Shown here: positions 1 to 7,958 of the stretch, piece after piece | How the letters are laid out: each line of letters begins with the position of its first letter | Numbering within the stretch: position 1 is the stretch's first letter | NCBI GenBank assembly: GCA_030429785.1 | Contig: JAUIEQ010000001.1 | Span: 1 to 30,264, forward strand | DNA length: 30,264 nucleotides | Direction of reading: 5' to 3' | From: a bacterium | GTDB lineage: Bacteria > Patescibacteriota > Patescibacteriia > S139-126 > S139-133 | The notes under the pieces: model-generated | The model's input: the letters and a program-made list of their open reading frames with translations, nothing else | Told to the model about the DNA's origin: nothing | Database searches by the model: none | Program-made: the position numbers and the translations under genes

Positions 1-181
1 CGAAAAAAAGACTGTATTGTCAATGCAATGCATCATAAGTGCACAGTATGGTAGTTGCTGTATCAGTGGTATCGAACAGTTTTTTGTTAGACGAGTTGTA
101 AGTTGTGTGTTACGCTAGTAAATACCTTAATTTCGTCCTTTGACATAGTAATCACACATCATATTTTTGGGAGGGTTTGGT

Positions 182-1228
182 ATGTTGACGACACAACATC
201 GTTTTGCAGTGCCTGTGCTGTGGGGTGGTGATCGAGCAAAAATTGTTGCATGGGTCAAAAGTATTCGAAATTGGACAGAGGTTCTCAAAGCAGCTAATCA
301 ACTTCAAAGTCAGTATAGTCCGTTTCGAGATGGCCGTAGAACTGAGCGCAATCAGTTAAATTTTCAGTTTTACACAATTATGCTGATGTACCTTGCTAAT
401 GATACGCTAGCCACTATGAACGAAAATCTTAGTCTATCAAGTCTTGAAATTGAAGTCAGTATTGCGCTTTCGTGTTATTTGCTAGAGGTTGTAGGTGTTT
501 CAGTACCAGAAGATTGTGCAGAATATGATCTATTATCATTTGTCAGAAGTCTTAAAGCTAAGGTTCCTCAATTACTTTTCAGAAAGGAAATTCGTATGAA
601 TAACGGTCGTGAGCAATCACAACTTGCTGGCCCTCCACAAAAAGTGTTTCGTAATGGTAAAGTGTATGTTGCATTAACCACGCTGCATACGTTTGGCAGA
701 GAAACTGAGCTCTGGCCTATAGTACAAGCTACGGTTAGTGATTACTGGCCAACACTATTTCCAAATAATAGCAACCAAGTTGAGTTGTATGAAATGGGTT
801 CTATTGGATCAATGCGTCCAGTAGTGGTTGGTAAAACAACTAGAAATATTACAGCTGGTTACTTGAGTACCTTGCTTGGAAAAGAAAAAGAGCGCGGCGT
901 GGTCGCAAATCGTAATGGGTCATGGTTTATGGTTGTTGATTTGGAGATTGTGAAAGGGCGGCGAGGTAAATCGAGCGCTTCAAAGAAGCAACGGAAGTTA
1001 AAGAAAAAAAGTAAGGTTACCCGTGCCGGCAAGGCAGTACCATCAGCTGGTATGCTTCGCTCAGTTTTTGATTTTGCAACAGAGGATTTGCAGTCAGATC
1101 GTCAACGTTTAATAGAATTGCTTGAGCGCCAGCGAGCAGCTGTTCGCCAAACTGAAGAGCGTCTCGAAGCAACAGATTCGGCTATCGAAAACATTCGCGT
1201 TACGATTTATCGCGAGAAAAAGAAGTAG
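182..1228 (+). CDS. Hypothetical protein with Lys/Arg-rich segment and C-terminal coiled coil
   Basis: Long ORF. ATG at 182 follows GGGAGGGT; a second in-frame ATG at 596 follows AAAGGA. A terminator follows the stop. No family recognised. Confidence 0.7.
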   Translation: MLTTQHRFAVPVLWGGDRAKIVAWVKSIRNWTEVLKAANQLQSQYSPFRDGRRTERNQLNFQFYTIMLMYLANDTLATMNENLSLSSLEIEVSIALSCYLLEVVGVSVPEDCAEYDLLSFVRSLKAKVPQLLFRKEIRMNNGREQSQLAGPPQKVFRNGKVYVALTTLHTFGRETELWPIVQATVSDYWPTLFPNNSNQVELYEMGSIGSMRPVVVGKTTRNITAGYLSTLLGKEKERGVVANRNGSWFMVVDLEIVKGRRGKSSASKKQRKLKKKSKVTRAGKAVPSAGMLRSVFDFATEDLQSDRQRLIELLERQRAAVRQTEERLEATDSAIENIRVTIYREKKK

Positions 1229-1238
1229 CATATTTGCA

Positions 1239-1265
1239 GCCCTAACACGAATGTTGGGGTTTTTT
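1239..1265 (+). terminator. Intrinsic terminator between convergent ORF 182-1228 and miaA
   Basis: GCCCTAACA-cgaa-TGTTGGGGT hairpin followed by a T run. Confidence 0.75.
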
Positions 1266-1266
1266 A

Positions 1267-2196
1267 TTATGCCAAAAATGCATCAATCAGTGCCTCGGCT
1301 TGTTCGATATTAGTAATCCACTTAATTCGACTATCTCGCTTAAACCACGTTAGTTGACGTTTGGCGTAATTTCTAGAATGTTGTTTAATGTTTGATTTTG
1401 CCTGTTCAAGAGAAATATTTCCATCTAGGTATTGCTTGATCTCATGATAGCCAATCCCGCTCATCGATGGTAGGTCGATTGAATAGTTGGTTATGAGTTG
1501 CTGCGCTTCTTCGATAATGCCATTTTTGAACATGTGATCAACTCGGTTGTTTATTTTTTCATACAATGCTTCACGTGGAATTTCAATGCCGATTTGTAAA
1601 ATATCATATGGTGAATCAGATTGTTGTGCGCTTTGAGTAAATGATTGATTCGTTTGTTTTGCGAATTCAAGTGCGCGTATAACTTTTCGCTTGTTAGCAT
1701 GATCAATGACCTCGAACGTTTTTGGGTCTAGTTGTTCAAGATCGTGTAACAAATCCTTCAGCGACAGTGCTTCAAGTTGTGCGCGTAGCTCTTTATCTGT
1801 TTTGCTTTTGGGTAATTGGTAGTTATCAACAATACTACTAATGTACAAACCCGTTCCGCCAACAATAATTGGCACCTTGCCATCAGTTATGTGTGATTTG
1901 TTATTTATTATTTGTAGCGTTAGCTTTTGCCAATCAGACAAGCTGAACTCTTTATTCGGATCAATGCAATCAATCAAAAAGTGAGGAATGTCGTGGGCTA
2001 CAAAAATATTTTGACTGTTAATCTGTTTCCAACTGCCAGTAATTTTCCCGGTTGCTATATCCATACCTGTATAGACTTGTCGAGAGTCTGCTGAAATAAT
2101 ATACGCGTTGTATTTTTGCGCAAGTTCAATAGACAGGTTTGTTTTACCACTGGCTGTAGGACCAAGAATAACAATAACGCGATCATTGACTGACAT
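1267..2196 (-). CDS. miaA: tRNA dimethylallyltransferase
   Basis: GPTASGKT P-loop, ISADSRQVY, VGGTGLY and YAKRQLTWF motifs; 309 aa. Confidence 0.97.
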   Translation of the reverse strand: MSVNDRVIVILGPTASGKTNLSIELAQKYNAYIISADSRQVYTGMDIATGKITGSWKQINSQNIFVAHDIPHFLIDCIDPNKEFSLSDWQKLTLQIINNKSHITDGKVPIIVGGTGLYISSIVDNYQLPKSKTDKELRAQLEALSLKDLLHDLEQLDPKTFEVIDHANKRKVIRALEFAKQTNQSFTQSAQQSDSPYDILQIGIEIPREALYEKINNRVDHMFKNGIIEEAQQLITNYSIDLPSMSGIGYHEIKQYLDGNISLEQAKSNIKQHSRNYAKRQLTWFKRDSRIKWITNIEQAEALIDAFLA

Positions 2197-2273
2197 GTAT
2201 TTTTGGGTTATAATAGCTTATTAACTGTGAGTTAAGTAGTACCTTGTACAATAAAAAAAATCAAGGAGTGCAC

Positions 2274-2918
2274 ATGGCTGAAGTCGATTGGCTTTCGCTG
2301 TTAGGACGATTTGCATTGTATACAGAGTCGAGCAAAGTCTTGTTTGTTAGTGTATTTAATGAACATTGGTTTTTTGTGGCGTATGGAATCAAGGAGCTCA
2401 TTGGAGTCTGTTTGTTTTTATTCGCTCAAGAGATACATGCAGTATACGCTTTTTGCAAACGACGTTTGTTACTGTTGTTTAGACAATCTATTCCGCATAA
2501 TGGATTGATCGCATCGTTTCGGTACCAATTGGCAACATTGGACGATTATGACGACGAGTTTTTGCGTCATATGGTAACGTACGGATCAAAGAACCAGTAT
2601 TTATTTTTTGGTTTTTTGTTTTTTGCAGGATTATTTCCAATACCATGGGTGCAGTCATTTGCAGTTTTGATGCTGTTGCTGATGTATCCAAAAATATTTG
2701 GCTCGATTAAAACATTTTTGCAGAATAAGTATTTTTTAGTTTTGTACATCGGGTCACTTGGCAAAGTTGTTTGCGCATACACAAGTTGGTTTAATAACAT
2801 TTCGTTTTTGCCTGGTTGGGTAATTTTATCAGCGTTTATATTTTGCTATGTTATGCGCAGGACTATATTTAGTTTCATACTCAATATGGTAAAAAACGAA
2901 ACACATACAACTCATTGA
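2274..2918 (+). CDS. Hypothetical multi-pass membrane protein
   Basis: Several Phe/Leu-rich hydrophobic segments. ATG at 2274 follows AAGGAG, preferred over the track start at 2244. Confidence 0.7.
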   Translation: MAEVDWLSLLGRFALYTESSKVLFVSVFNEHWFFVAYGIKELIGVCLFLFAQEIHAVYAFCKRRLLLLFRQSIPHNGLIASFRYQLATLDDYDDEFLRHMVTYGSKNQYLFFGFLFFAGLFPIPWVQSFAVLMLLLMYPKIFGSIKTFLQNKYFLVLYIGSLGKVVCAYTSWFNNISFLPGWVILSAFIFCYVMRRTIFSFILNMVKNETHTTH

Positions 2919-2979
2919 TACAAAAGCAAATAGCCCTACCCTATAGATTCGGTGATTGGGCAAAACGTGAGGAGCAGTT

Positions 2980-3177
2980 ATGTATTTACTGAAAGTTGGT
3001 TTGATCTTGTTGTTTGTCGCGTGTGTTACTTTTTGTTGTAGCTTTATTCCGCAATGGATGGTGGCTGTAGACTTTTTGCGCATGAGTAGCTTAGTGCTTG
3101 GGTGTATCTCAGGCATACTTTTTGTCATAGTAGTAGCGCGGTTGATTTGTATTCGCGTGCATGAAAGGCGGTGCTAA
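2980..3177 (+). CDS. Small two-TM membrane protein
   Basis: GAGGAG upstream, two hydrophobic helices, stop overlaps the next start (TAATG). Confidence 0.65.
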   Translation: MYLLKVGLILLFVACVTFCCSFIPQWMVAVDFLRMSSLVLGCISGILFVIVVARLICIRVHERRC

Positions 3178-3569
3178 TGATAGCAAAAAAAGTTTACTTA
3201 TTGACAGATGACAGCAACATGTATGCAGTGCTACCAAAGTTACTACAGCTTACATTGCCGTTTGAAGATGGCAGGTTTAGCATCACAAAAATGGTTGCAT
3301 TTCCTCCACTGGATAATGCCTTAAAGGATGGATCATTGATTATTGTGGATGTACCGAATAGTCGCTGTCCTGATCAGCTAATTCAGAGCGTATTGGACAT
3401 GTTGGGCGAAGATAGTACTACGCAGTATTGTGTGGCGTTTACAGCACTGCAAATTCGTTTTCAACAAGCGCTTACAGTGCCAAATAATATTACCCTGAAA
3501 GTATTGATGGATCGAGATGATATGACGAGCACCGCAGCAGATATTGTTGCTCTTCTTGAAACACTATAA
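3177..3569 (+). CDS. Hypothetical protein, possibly a divergent stand-alone CheY-like receiver domain
   Basis: Order and spacing of VYLLTDD / LIIVD / VAFTA / ITLK fit a receiver fold. Translationally coupled to the upstream ORF. Confidence 0.5.
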   Translation: MIAKKVYLLTDDSNMYAVLPKLLQLTLPFEDGRFSITKMVAFPPLDNALKDGSLIIVDVPNSRCPDQLIQSVLDMLGEDSTTQYCVAFTALQIRFQQALTVPNNITLKVLMDRDDMTSTAADIVALLETL

Positions 3570-3572
3570 TGC

Positions 3573-3602
3573 AAAAACCCGACTGTAGAGCCGGGTTTTT
3601 TT
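3573..3602. terminator. Bidirectional intrinsic terminator
   Basis: AAAAACCCG...CGGGTTTTT between convergent genes. Confidence 0.75.
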
Positions 3603-3611
3603 ACGTTTGTT

Positions 3612-5387
3612 TTAGAGCCCTAGTGATTTTTGGCTAATTGCAAGTTGTGTTTTTGTGATGAAATCAATCTGCGAAATGTTGAGGAGCTCTTCCTGGCCAC
3701 GGACTCGGACAGCGAGATTGTCTGAGTTCATTTCTTTGTCGCCAATTACCAAGACATACGGAACTTTTTGTGCTGCTGTTTTGCGAATTTTTTTGCCAAC
3801 GGTTTCATCTGAGGTATCAACTGCTACTCTGATGCCGTGTTGTTTGAATTCGTGCGCTAGCTGATTGCAATACTCATGATGTCCGCCACCAACAGCAATG
3901 ATGCTGATTTGAATAGGTGAGAGCCACAATGGGAATGCTCCGGCAAAATGCTCAATTAAAAATCCAATAAATCGTTCATGTGAGCCAAGTGGTGCTCGGT
4001 GAATGACAGCAACATGTTGTTTTTCACCATGCTGATCTGTGTATTGCAAACCAAATCGTTGCGGCATGAAGAGATCAAGTTGGTTGGTTGAGATAGTGAA
4101 CTCTCGGCCGATTGATGATTTGATATTAATATCAATTTTTGGACCATAAAACGCCGCGCCACCAACATCATCAACTGCTGCAATGCCTGATTTTTCAATA
4201 GCTGCTCGCATCATTTTTTCTGCTTGGTCCCACATATCTTTGTGACCATGATATTTATCTCGCTTGGTTTCATCTGGTAGTCCAATCGTAATGTAATAAT
4301 CATCGCGAGTGAGTCCAAGTGTGTTGTAGTAGTATTCGTGAAGCTTAAGTACTTGCAAAAACTCTTCTTCAGCTTGTTCAAGGGTGCAATAAATATGCGC
4401 ATCGTTCATGGCAATTGCTCGCACGCGCATCAGCCCAAAGAGCGATCCTGATTGTTCATATCGGTAGCACGTTCCATACTCAGCAAGACGCAGTGGTAGT
4501 TCTCGGTATGAATGAGGCTGCGCGAGAAATAGTTGATGATGTAGTGGACAATTCATGCCTTTGAGGTAGTAATCTTCACCGTCAATATCCATCGGGCTGT
4601 ACATATCATCTTTGTAATATGGTAGGTGTCCACTGGTTTCAAATAAAGTATGCTTGGCAATATGTGGTGTAGCAACGCGTTCATATCCCCAGGCCTGCTC
4701 GGTTTCCTTTGCCCAGTTTTCAAGCTCATCTCGTATGACTGTTCCTTTTTGTGTCCAGAGTGCAAGTCCTGGTCCAACTTGGTCAGAAAAAGTAAACAAC
4801 TCAAGTTCTTTGCCAAGTTTTCGATGGTCTCGTTTTTTGGCTTCTTCAAGCATCTCAAGATGATGCTCAAGCTCTGCTTGCGTAGCAAAAGCGGTTCCAT
4901 ACACTCGAGTTAGCATTGGATTGTTTTCGTCACCGCGCCAATATGCGCCTGCGACTGAGAGTAGTTTGAAGTGCTTGAGTGCTTTGTTTGGTTCGTCAAC
5001 ATGTCCACCACGACACAGATCAGTAAAGTTGCCTGACGTATACAAGGTAAGTTCATCACCAGCTACGGCTATTTGTTCAATCATTTCAATCTTGTATGGG
5101 TTGCCGTTGAAAAACTCTTTTGCTTCATCTGCTGAGACTTGTTTGCCTTCAAATGATTTCCAGGTAGGAAGTATTTTTTTCATACGTTTTTCGATCTTAG
5201 GCAGATCGTTTTCAGCTATTGGTTGGCCAAATTCCATGTCATAGTAAAACCCTTCCTCAATAGGAGGTCCTAAGGTAATCTTGGTATCAGGCCACAACTC
5301 AAGTACAGCAGCAGCAAGTAAGTGTGCGCAGGAGTGTCGTATTTTTTCTAAATCAGTTAGTTGTTCGAGGTTTGGTTTTGACGACAT
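3612..5387 (-). CDS. thrS: Threonine--tRNA ligase (no N-terminal TGS/N1 domain)
   Basis: RHSCAHLL, DLCRGGH, RDHRKLG, MNCPLH, FYGPKID, IHRAPLGSHERFIG and KIGKK-like anticodon-domain motifs. Confidence 0.98.
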   Translation of the reverse strand: MSSKPNLEQLTDLEKIRHSCAHLLAAAVLELWPDTKITLGPPIEEGFYYDMEFGQPIAENDLPKIEKRMKKILPTWKSFEGKQVSADEAKEFFNGNPYKIEMIEQIAVAGDELTLYTSGNFTDLCRGGHVDEPNKALKHFKLLSVAGAYWRGDENNPMLTRVYGTAFATQAELEHHLEMLEEAKKRDHRKLGKELELFTFSDQVGPGLALWTQKGTVIRDELENWAKETEQAWGYERVATPHIAKHTLFETSGHLPYYKDDMYSPMDIDGEDYYLKGMNCPLHHQLFLAQPHSYRELPLRLAEYGTCYRYEQSGSLFGLMRVRAIAMNDAHIYCTLEQAEEEFLQVLKLHEYYYNTLGLTRDDYYITIGLPDETKRDKYHGHKDMWDQAEKMMRAAIEKSGIAAVDDVGGAAFYGPKIDINIKSSIGREFTISTNQLDLFMPQRFGLQYTDQHGEKQHVAVIHRAPLGSHERFIGFLIEHFAGAFPLWLSPIQISIIAVGGGHHEYCNQLAHEFKQHGIRVAVDTSDETVGKKIRKTAAQKVPYVLVIGDKEMNSDNLAVRVRGQEELLNISQIDFITKTQLAISQKSLGL

Positions 5388-5444
5388 AGTGATAGAGATT
5401 ATTAGTAATTAGTCGGCGTGTTTATTTGTTATTTTTGTAAAATA

Positions 5445-5473
5445 TTGACAAAAAATATACTTTATGTTATTAT
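5445..5473 (+). promoter_or_regulatory. Near-consensus sigma70 promoter, antisense to the thrS leader
   Basis: TTGACA (5445-5450), 17 nt spacer, TATTAT (5468-5473), with extended -10 TG at 5465-5466. Confidence 0.7.
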
Positions 5474-5525
5474 AAAAAATTATATTTTTGAACATTAACA
5501 GTCTATATAATACGGGGGGTTGGGT

Positions 5526-5678
5526 GTGAAAAAATTTATTATAGTTGCTATTATCGTAGCTATATTGTACTACCTGATCGGCTCTGACGGTTTGTTGGGA
5601 CTGCTTGCTTGGTTGATACCAACTAATACTGAGGGGGATGGTATCACACCAGATTGGCGGAACAAGAATAAACTATAA
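5526..5678 (+). CDS. Small single-TM peptide, 50 aa, not in the ORF track
   Basis: GTG start after a G-rich SD-like tract. Translates MKKFIIVAIIVAILYYLIGSDGLLGLLAWLIPTNTEGDGITPDWRNKNKL. Lies just downstream of the promoter at 5445-5473. Confidence 0.6.
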   Translation: MKKFIIVAIIVAILYYLIGSDGLLGLLAWLIPTNTEGDGITPDWRNKNKL

Positions 5679-5730
5679 ATCATTAACGGGTATTGTGTCG
5701 TACATGGATGCATGCTCGTTTTTTTTATAC

Positions 5731-5940
5731 AAAAAAACCGACAAAGCCATATGACTTTCTCGGGGTCCAGGGTAGTGGACGGTTCCACCCGAATTTCCCA
5801 AAATATGGGACGCTTATTGAGTATAGTATTGTGTCAGAATGTGACCCCAGGTGGTGTTTGTAAGGGTAGTTATAAGAAAGCTTGCAGTCACGACTTTCTC
5901 TCCCTGAATAACTAGATCAATACAACTATGGTCTGGTAGG
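5731..5940 (-). ncRNA. Transcriptional T-box riboswitch, Thr-specific (thrS leader)
   Basis: Minus strand shows stem I with CAGGGAG bulge and AGAAAG-(TCGTGACTGCAAG)-CTTTCT apex; ACC (Thr) triplets in the specifier loop (plus 5850-5855); stem III TCCCA-tattt-TGGGA; antiterminator CGGG-TGGAACC-GTCCA-ctaccc-TGGAC-CCCG; overlapping terminator CCGAGAAAGT...GCTTTGTCGG plus T7. Confidence 0.9.
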
Positions 5941-5943
5941 GCA

Positions 5944-5971
5944 AGTATACGAAATCACTGATAAATGTCAA
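5944..5971 (-). promoter_or_regulatory. sigma70 promoter for the T-box/thrS leader
   Basis: Minus strand TTGACA, 16 nt spacer, TATACT, immediately upstream of T-box stem I. Confidence 0.7.
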
Positions 5972-6084
5972 CAGATGTTCGTTCACTTGATGAGATTGGT
6001 GATATTTGCAATACTGGTATATTGCTGAGTGTTTCAAAGCAATAAGTCAAATGAACCTTACAAAAACTATCCAGGAGGTAGAGC

Positions 6085-6579
6085 ATGACTGATGCGGATA
6101 TTTATGATTTGTGGAAGGCAGCTTTGGTGCCGGAGAATGCAACTGGCGGATTGTATCGTATTGAATACGCAAACAAAAGCTATTCGGTTGTTATTGTATT
6201 TTTTGATTCCGAGACGAACGTGTGGTGGGTTATTGGTTTGAATGTTGGATCTCGGGGGAGGTTGTGTGAGTTTCGCTTGGTATTTGATATTTCCAAGCAG
6301 TACGATAACGATAAGTTGTTATTTCGGTTTGATATTACACACAACCAAAAACCGTATGGCCTGATCGATCTTGCTCCAATCAAAAAATCGTTGGGAGCGA
6401 TCAGTAAAGAAGAAGTTGACGCACACGTGCATTTTTTGCGACCGTATTTACAAGTAGCGCGTCAGCGATTATTAAGCGATCCAAACCGGTTGAATACAGT
6501 TAGTACGCTGGCTGAATTGTACTCAGAATCTGTTGCTAGTGTCAGCGGTGGCTTGCCAGGCATGAGCAAGCGACATTAA
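6085..6579 (+). CDS. Hypothetical protein (orphan)
   Basis: AGGAGGT SD, extended -10 (TGgTATATT, 6015-6023) upstream and its own terminator. No family recognised. Confidence 0.7.
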   Translation: MTDADIYDLWKAALVPENATGGLYRIEYANKSYSVVIVFFDSETNVWWVIGLNVGSRGRLCEFRLVFDISKQYDNDKLLFRFDITHNQKPYGLIDLAPIKKSLGAISKEEVDAHVHFLRPYLQVARQRLLSDPNRLNTVSTLAELYSESVASVSGGLPGMSKRH

Positions 6580-6588
6580 GTTGATAGT

Positions 6589-6619
6589 ATGCCCTGAGTA
6601 TAATTCAGGGTATTTTTTT
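6589..6619 (+). terminator. Intrinsic terminator
   Basis: ATGCCCTGAG / TTCAGGGTAT hairpin followed by a T run. Confidence 0.7.
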
Positions 6620-6729
6620 AATAACCGTAGCAGAATTAAAAAAAGTTTCAGCAAAAATTGGACTATTAATATGTAGCACGATAATGTTTATTGATGGGCA
6701 GTTCGTACTGCGTGGCTGAGTAACAAGCA

Positions 6730-6757
6730 AAAAGTCCGGACACAATTCCGGACTTTT
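6730..6757 (-). terminator. Intrinsic terminator downstream of the dnaE-baseplate-J-like pair
   Basis: AAAAGTCCGGA-cacaat-TCCGGACTTTT, 11-bp inverted repeat. Confidence 0.75.
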
Positions 6758-6764
6758 ATAGTGG

Positions 6765-7949
6765 TTATTTTATTACCTCGATATATACATGATCTTCAAG
6801 TGGCGGGACCTTGCTCAGCCAGGCTGGTATGAACACAATATTAACTTCAGCGACTTCAGGAAGTGACGTGACGTGACGAGTGAGTTCTTGCTTGTTCATG
6901 CCTTCAATTCGACCAATGTCTAGTTCTTCAGGATCAAGTCGTGTAATACTTCGTCCGTCTATTGAAACGCGTAGGGTGGCTGATTTGTCAGCTTCAGAAA
7001 CACTCGCAAGGACAAATTTCATTGAGTCAAAATTAGCACTAACAAACTGATCATTACTTGGTGTTGCTGCGATAAGATTGTTTGTTGCGATTTGTTCAAG
7101 GTCTTGTTTTTGGAATCGAATAGTAGTAATTGGTAGGCTGATTGTGATAGTGAACGTGTCAGTGTTTGAGCCTATTTCAGCATCAGTATCCCATGTCGGT
7201 TCTCCAACGCGGTACAAGGTAATAACATCTTCATTGCCGGTTGCGTCATTTGAGTAGTTTTCGGCTGTTTTGGCTATGAGGGTATCAGCTGCTGCTGTGA
7301 TCACGCTATCTGTTAAGGCAGTTTCGAGTCGTTGACCGCCAGTAAATTGTTCCGTACTCTCTGCATAAATGTCTTGTTGCAACCCTTCCCATAGTCCCGG
7401 AATTGTGAAGGTTGTTGGAGGGATGTTGAAATCAGCACCTGGTTGATCAGCATATGCTTCAACAACTACTGATCCGCCTGCAGGGACTGTGACAGTTTCA
7501 TTGATTCGAAAAAGTTTGCCGTCTGGTGTTTCAAGTCGAGTGGTTTTGACCAATGGTTGATTTCGAGAGTAGTTATTATAAATAACCACTTCTCCTGTTG
7601 CAATATCATCAACCAACGAGCCTTCAGTTATTTGTTGTTGTTCAGTTATTGTTTCTATAGATGTTGTGATGCTGCCAGGTAAGATATTGGTACCAGCTAG
7701 CGTTGTTTCAACGTCACTGAGCAGTTCGATATCAAACTCTGTTGACAGTTGAGATGTTTTGGGTGTTATGTAGATTTTTACTTGAGCTAATGAAATATAA
7801 AAAATCACTGCAACAAGTATAATGCTTAATATACTAAAACCAATAGCCACTTTTTTGTGGAATGGTGAAACATAAACTGCCTGTTTGTCTGCAGTTCTTT
7901 TTTGAGTCTTTTTTGTACGCTTTGGCGCAGTTTTTCGTTGGGCAGTCAT
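6765..7949 (-). CDS. Membrane-anchored baseplate J/gp47-like protein of the kind common in CPR genomes
   Basis: Basic N-terminus, single TM helix, then G.V.IYN...QPLV..TRL...DG..F...ETVTVP...V...ADQPG...NI....FTIPGL pattern. Confidence 0.65.
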   Translation of the reverse strand: MTAQRKTAPKRTKKTQKRTADKQAVYVSPFHKKVAIGFSILSIILVAVIFYISLAQVKIYITPKTSQLSTEFDIELLSDVETTLAGTNILPGSITTSIETITEQQQITEGSLVDDIATGEVVIYNNYSRNQPLVKTTRLETPDGKLFRINETVTVPAGGSVVVEAYADQPGADFNIPPTTFTIPGLWEGLQQDIYAESTEQFTGGQRLETALTDSVITAAADTLIAKTAENYSNDATGNEDVITLYRVGEPTWDTDAEIGSNTDTFTITISLPITTIRFQKQDLEQIATNNLIAATPSNDQFVSANFDSMKFVLASVSEADKSATLRVSIDGRSITRLDPEELDIGRIEGMNKQELTRHVTSLPEVAEVNIVFIPAWLSKVPPLEDHVYIEVIK

Positions 7950-7958
7950 GAGTGTGTA

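Noticed and set aside
149-159. TAATCACACAT shared with the rpsB leader (21791-21801)
   Set aside because: An 11-nt AT-rich match with no shared flanking structure; plausible by chance.
5570-5788. 72-aa minus-strand ORF, and the 67-aa plus ORF 5712-5915
   Set aside because: Both overlap the T-box antiterminator and terminator and look non-protein-like. The riboswitch and the 50-aa plus-strand ORF explain the region better.
6765-7949. Prophage inferred from the baseplate-J-like gene
   Set aside because: No integrase, terminase, capsid or tail genes; embedded among housekeeping genes.
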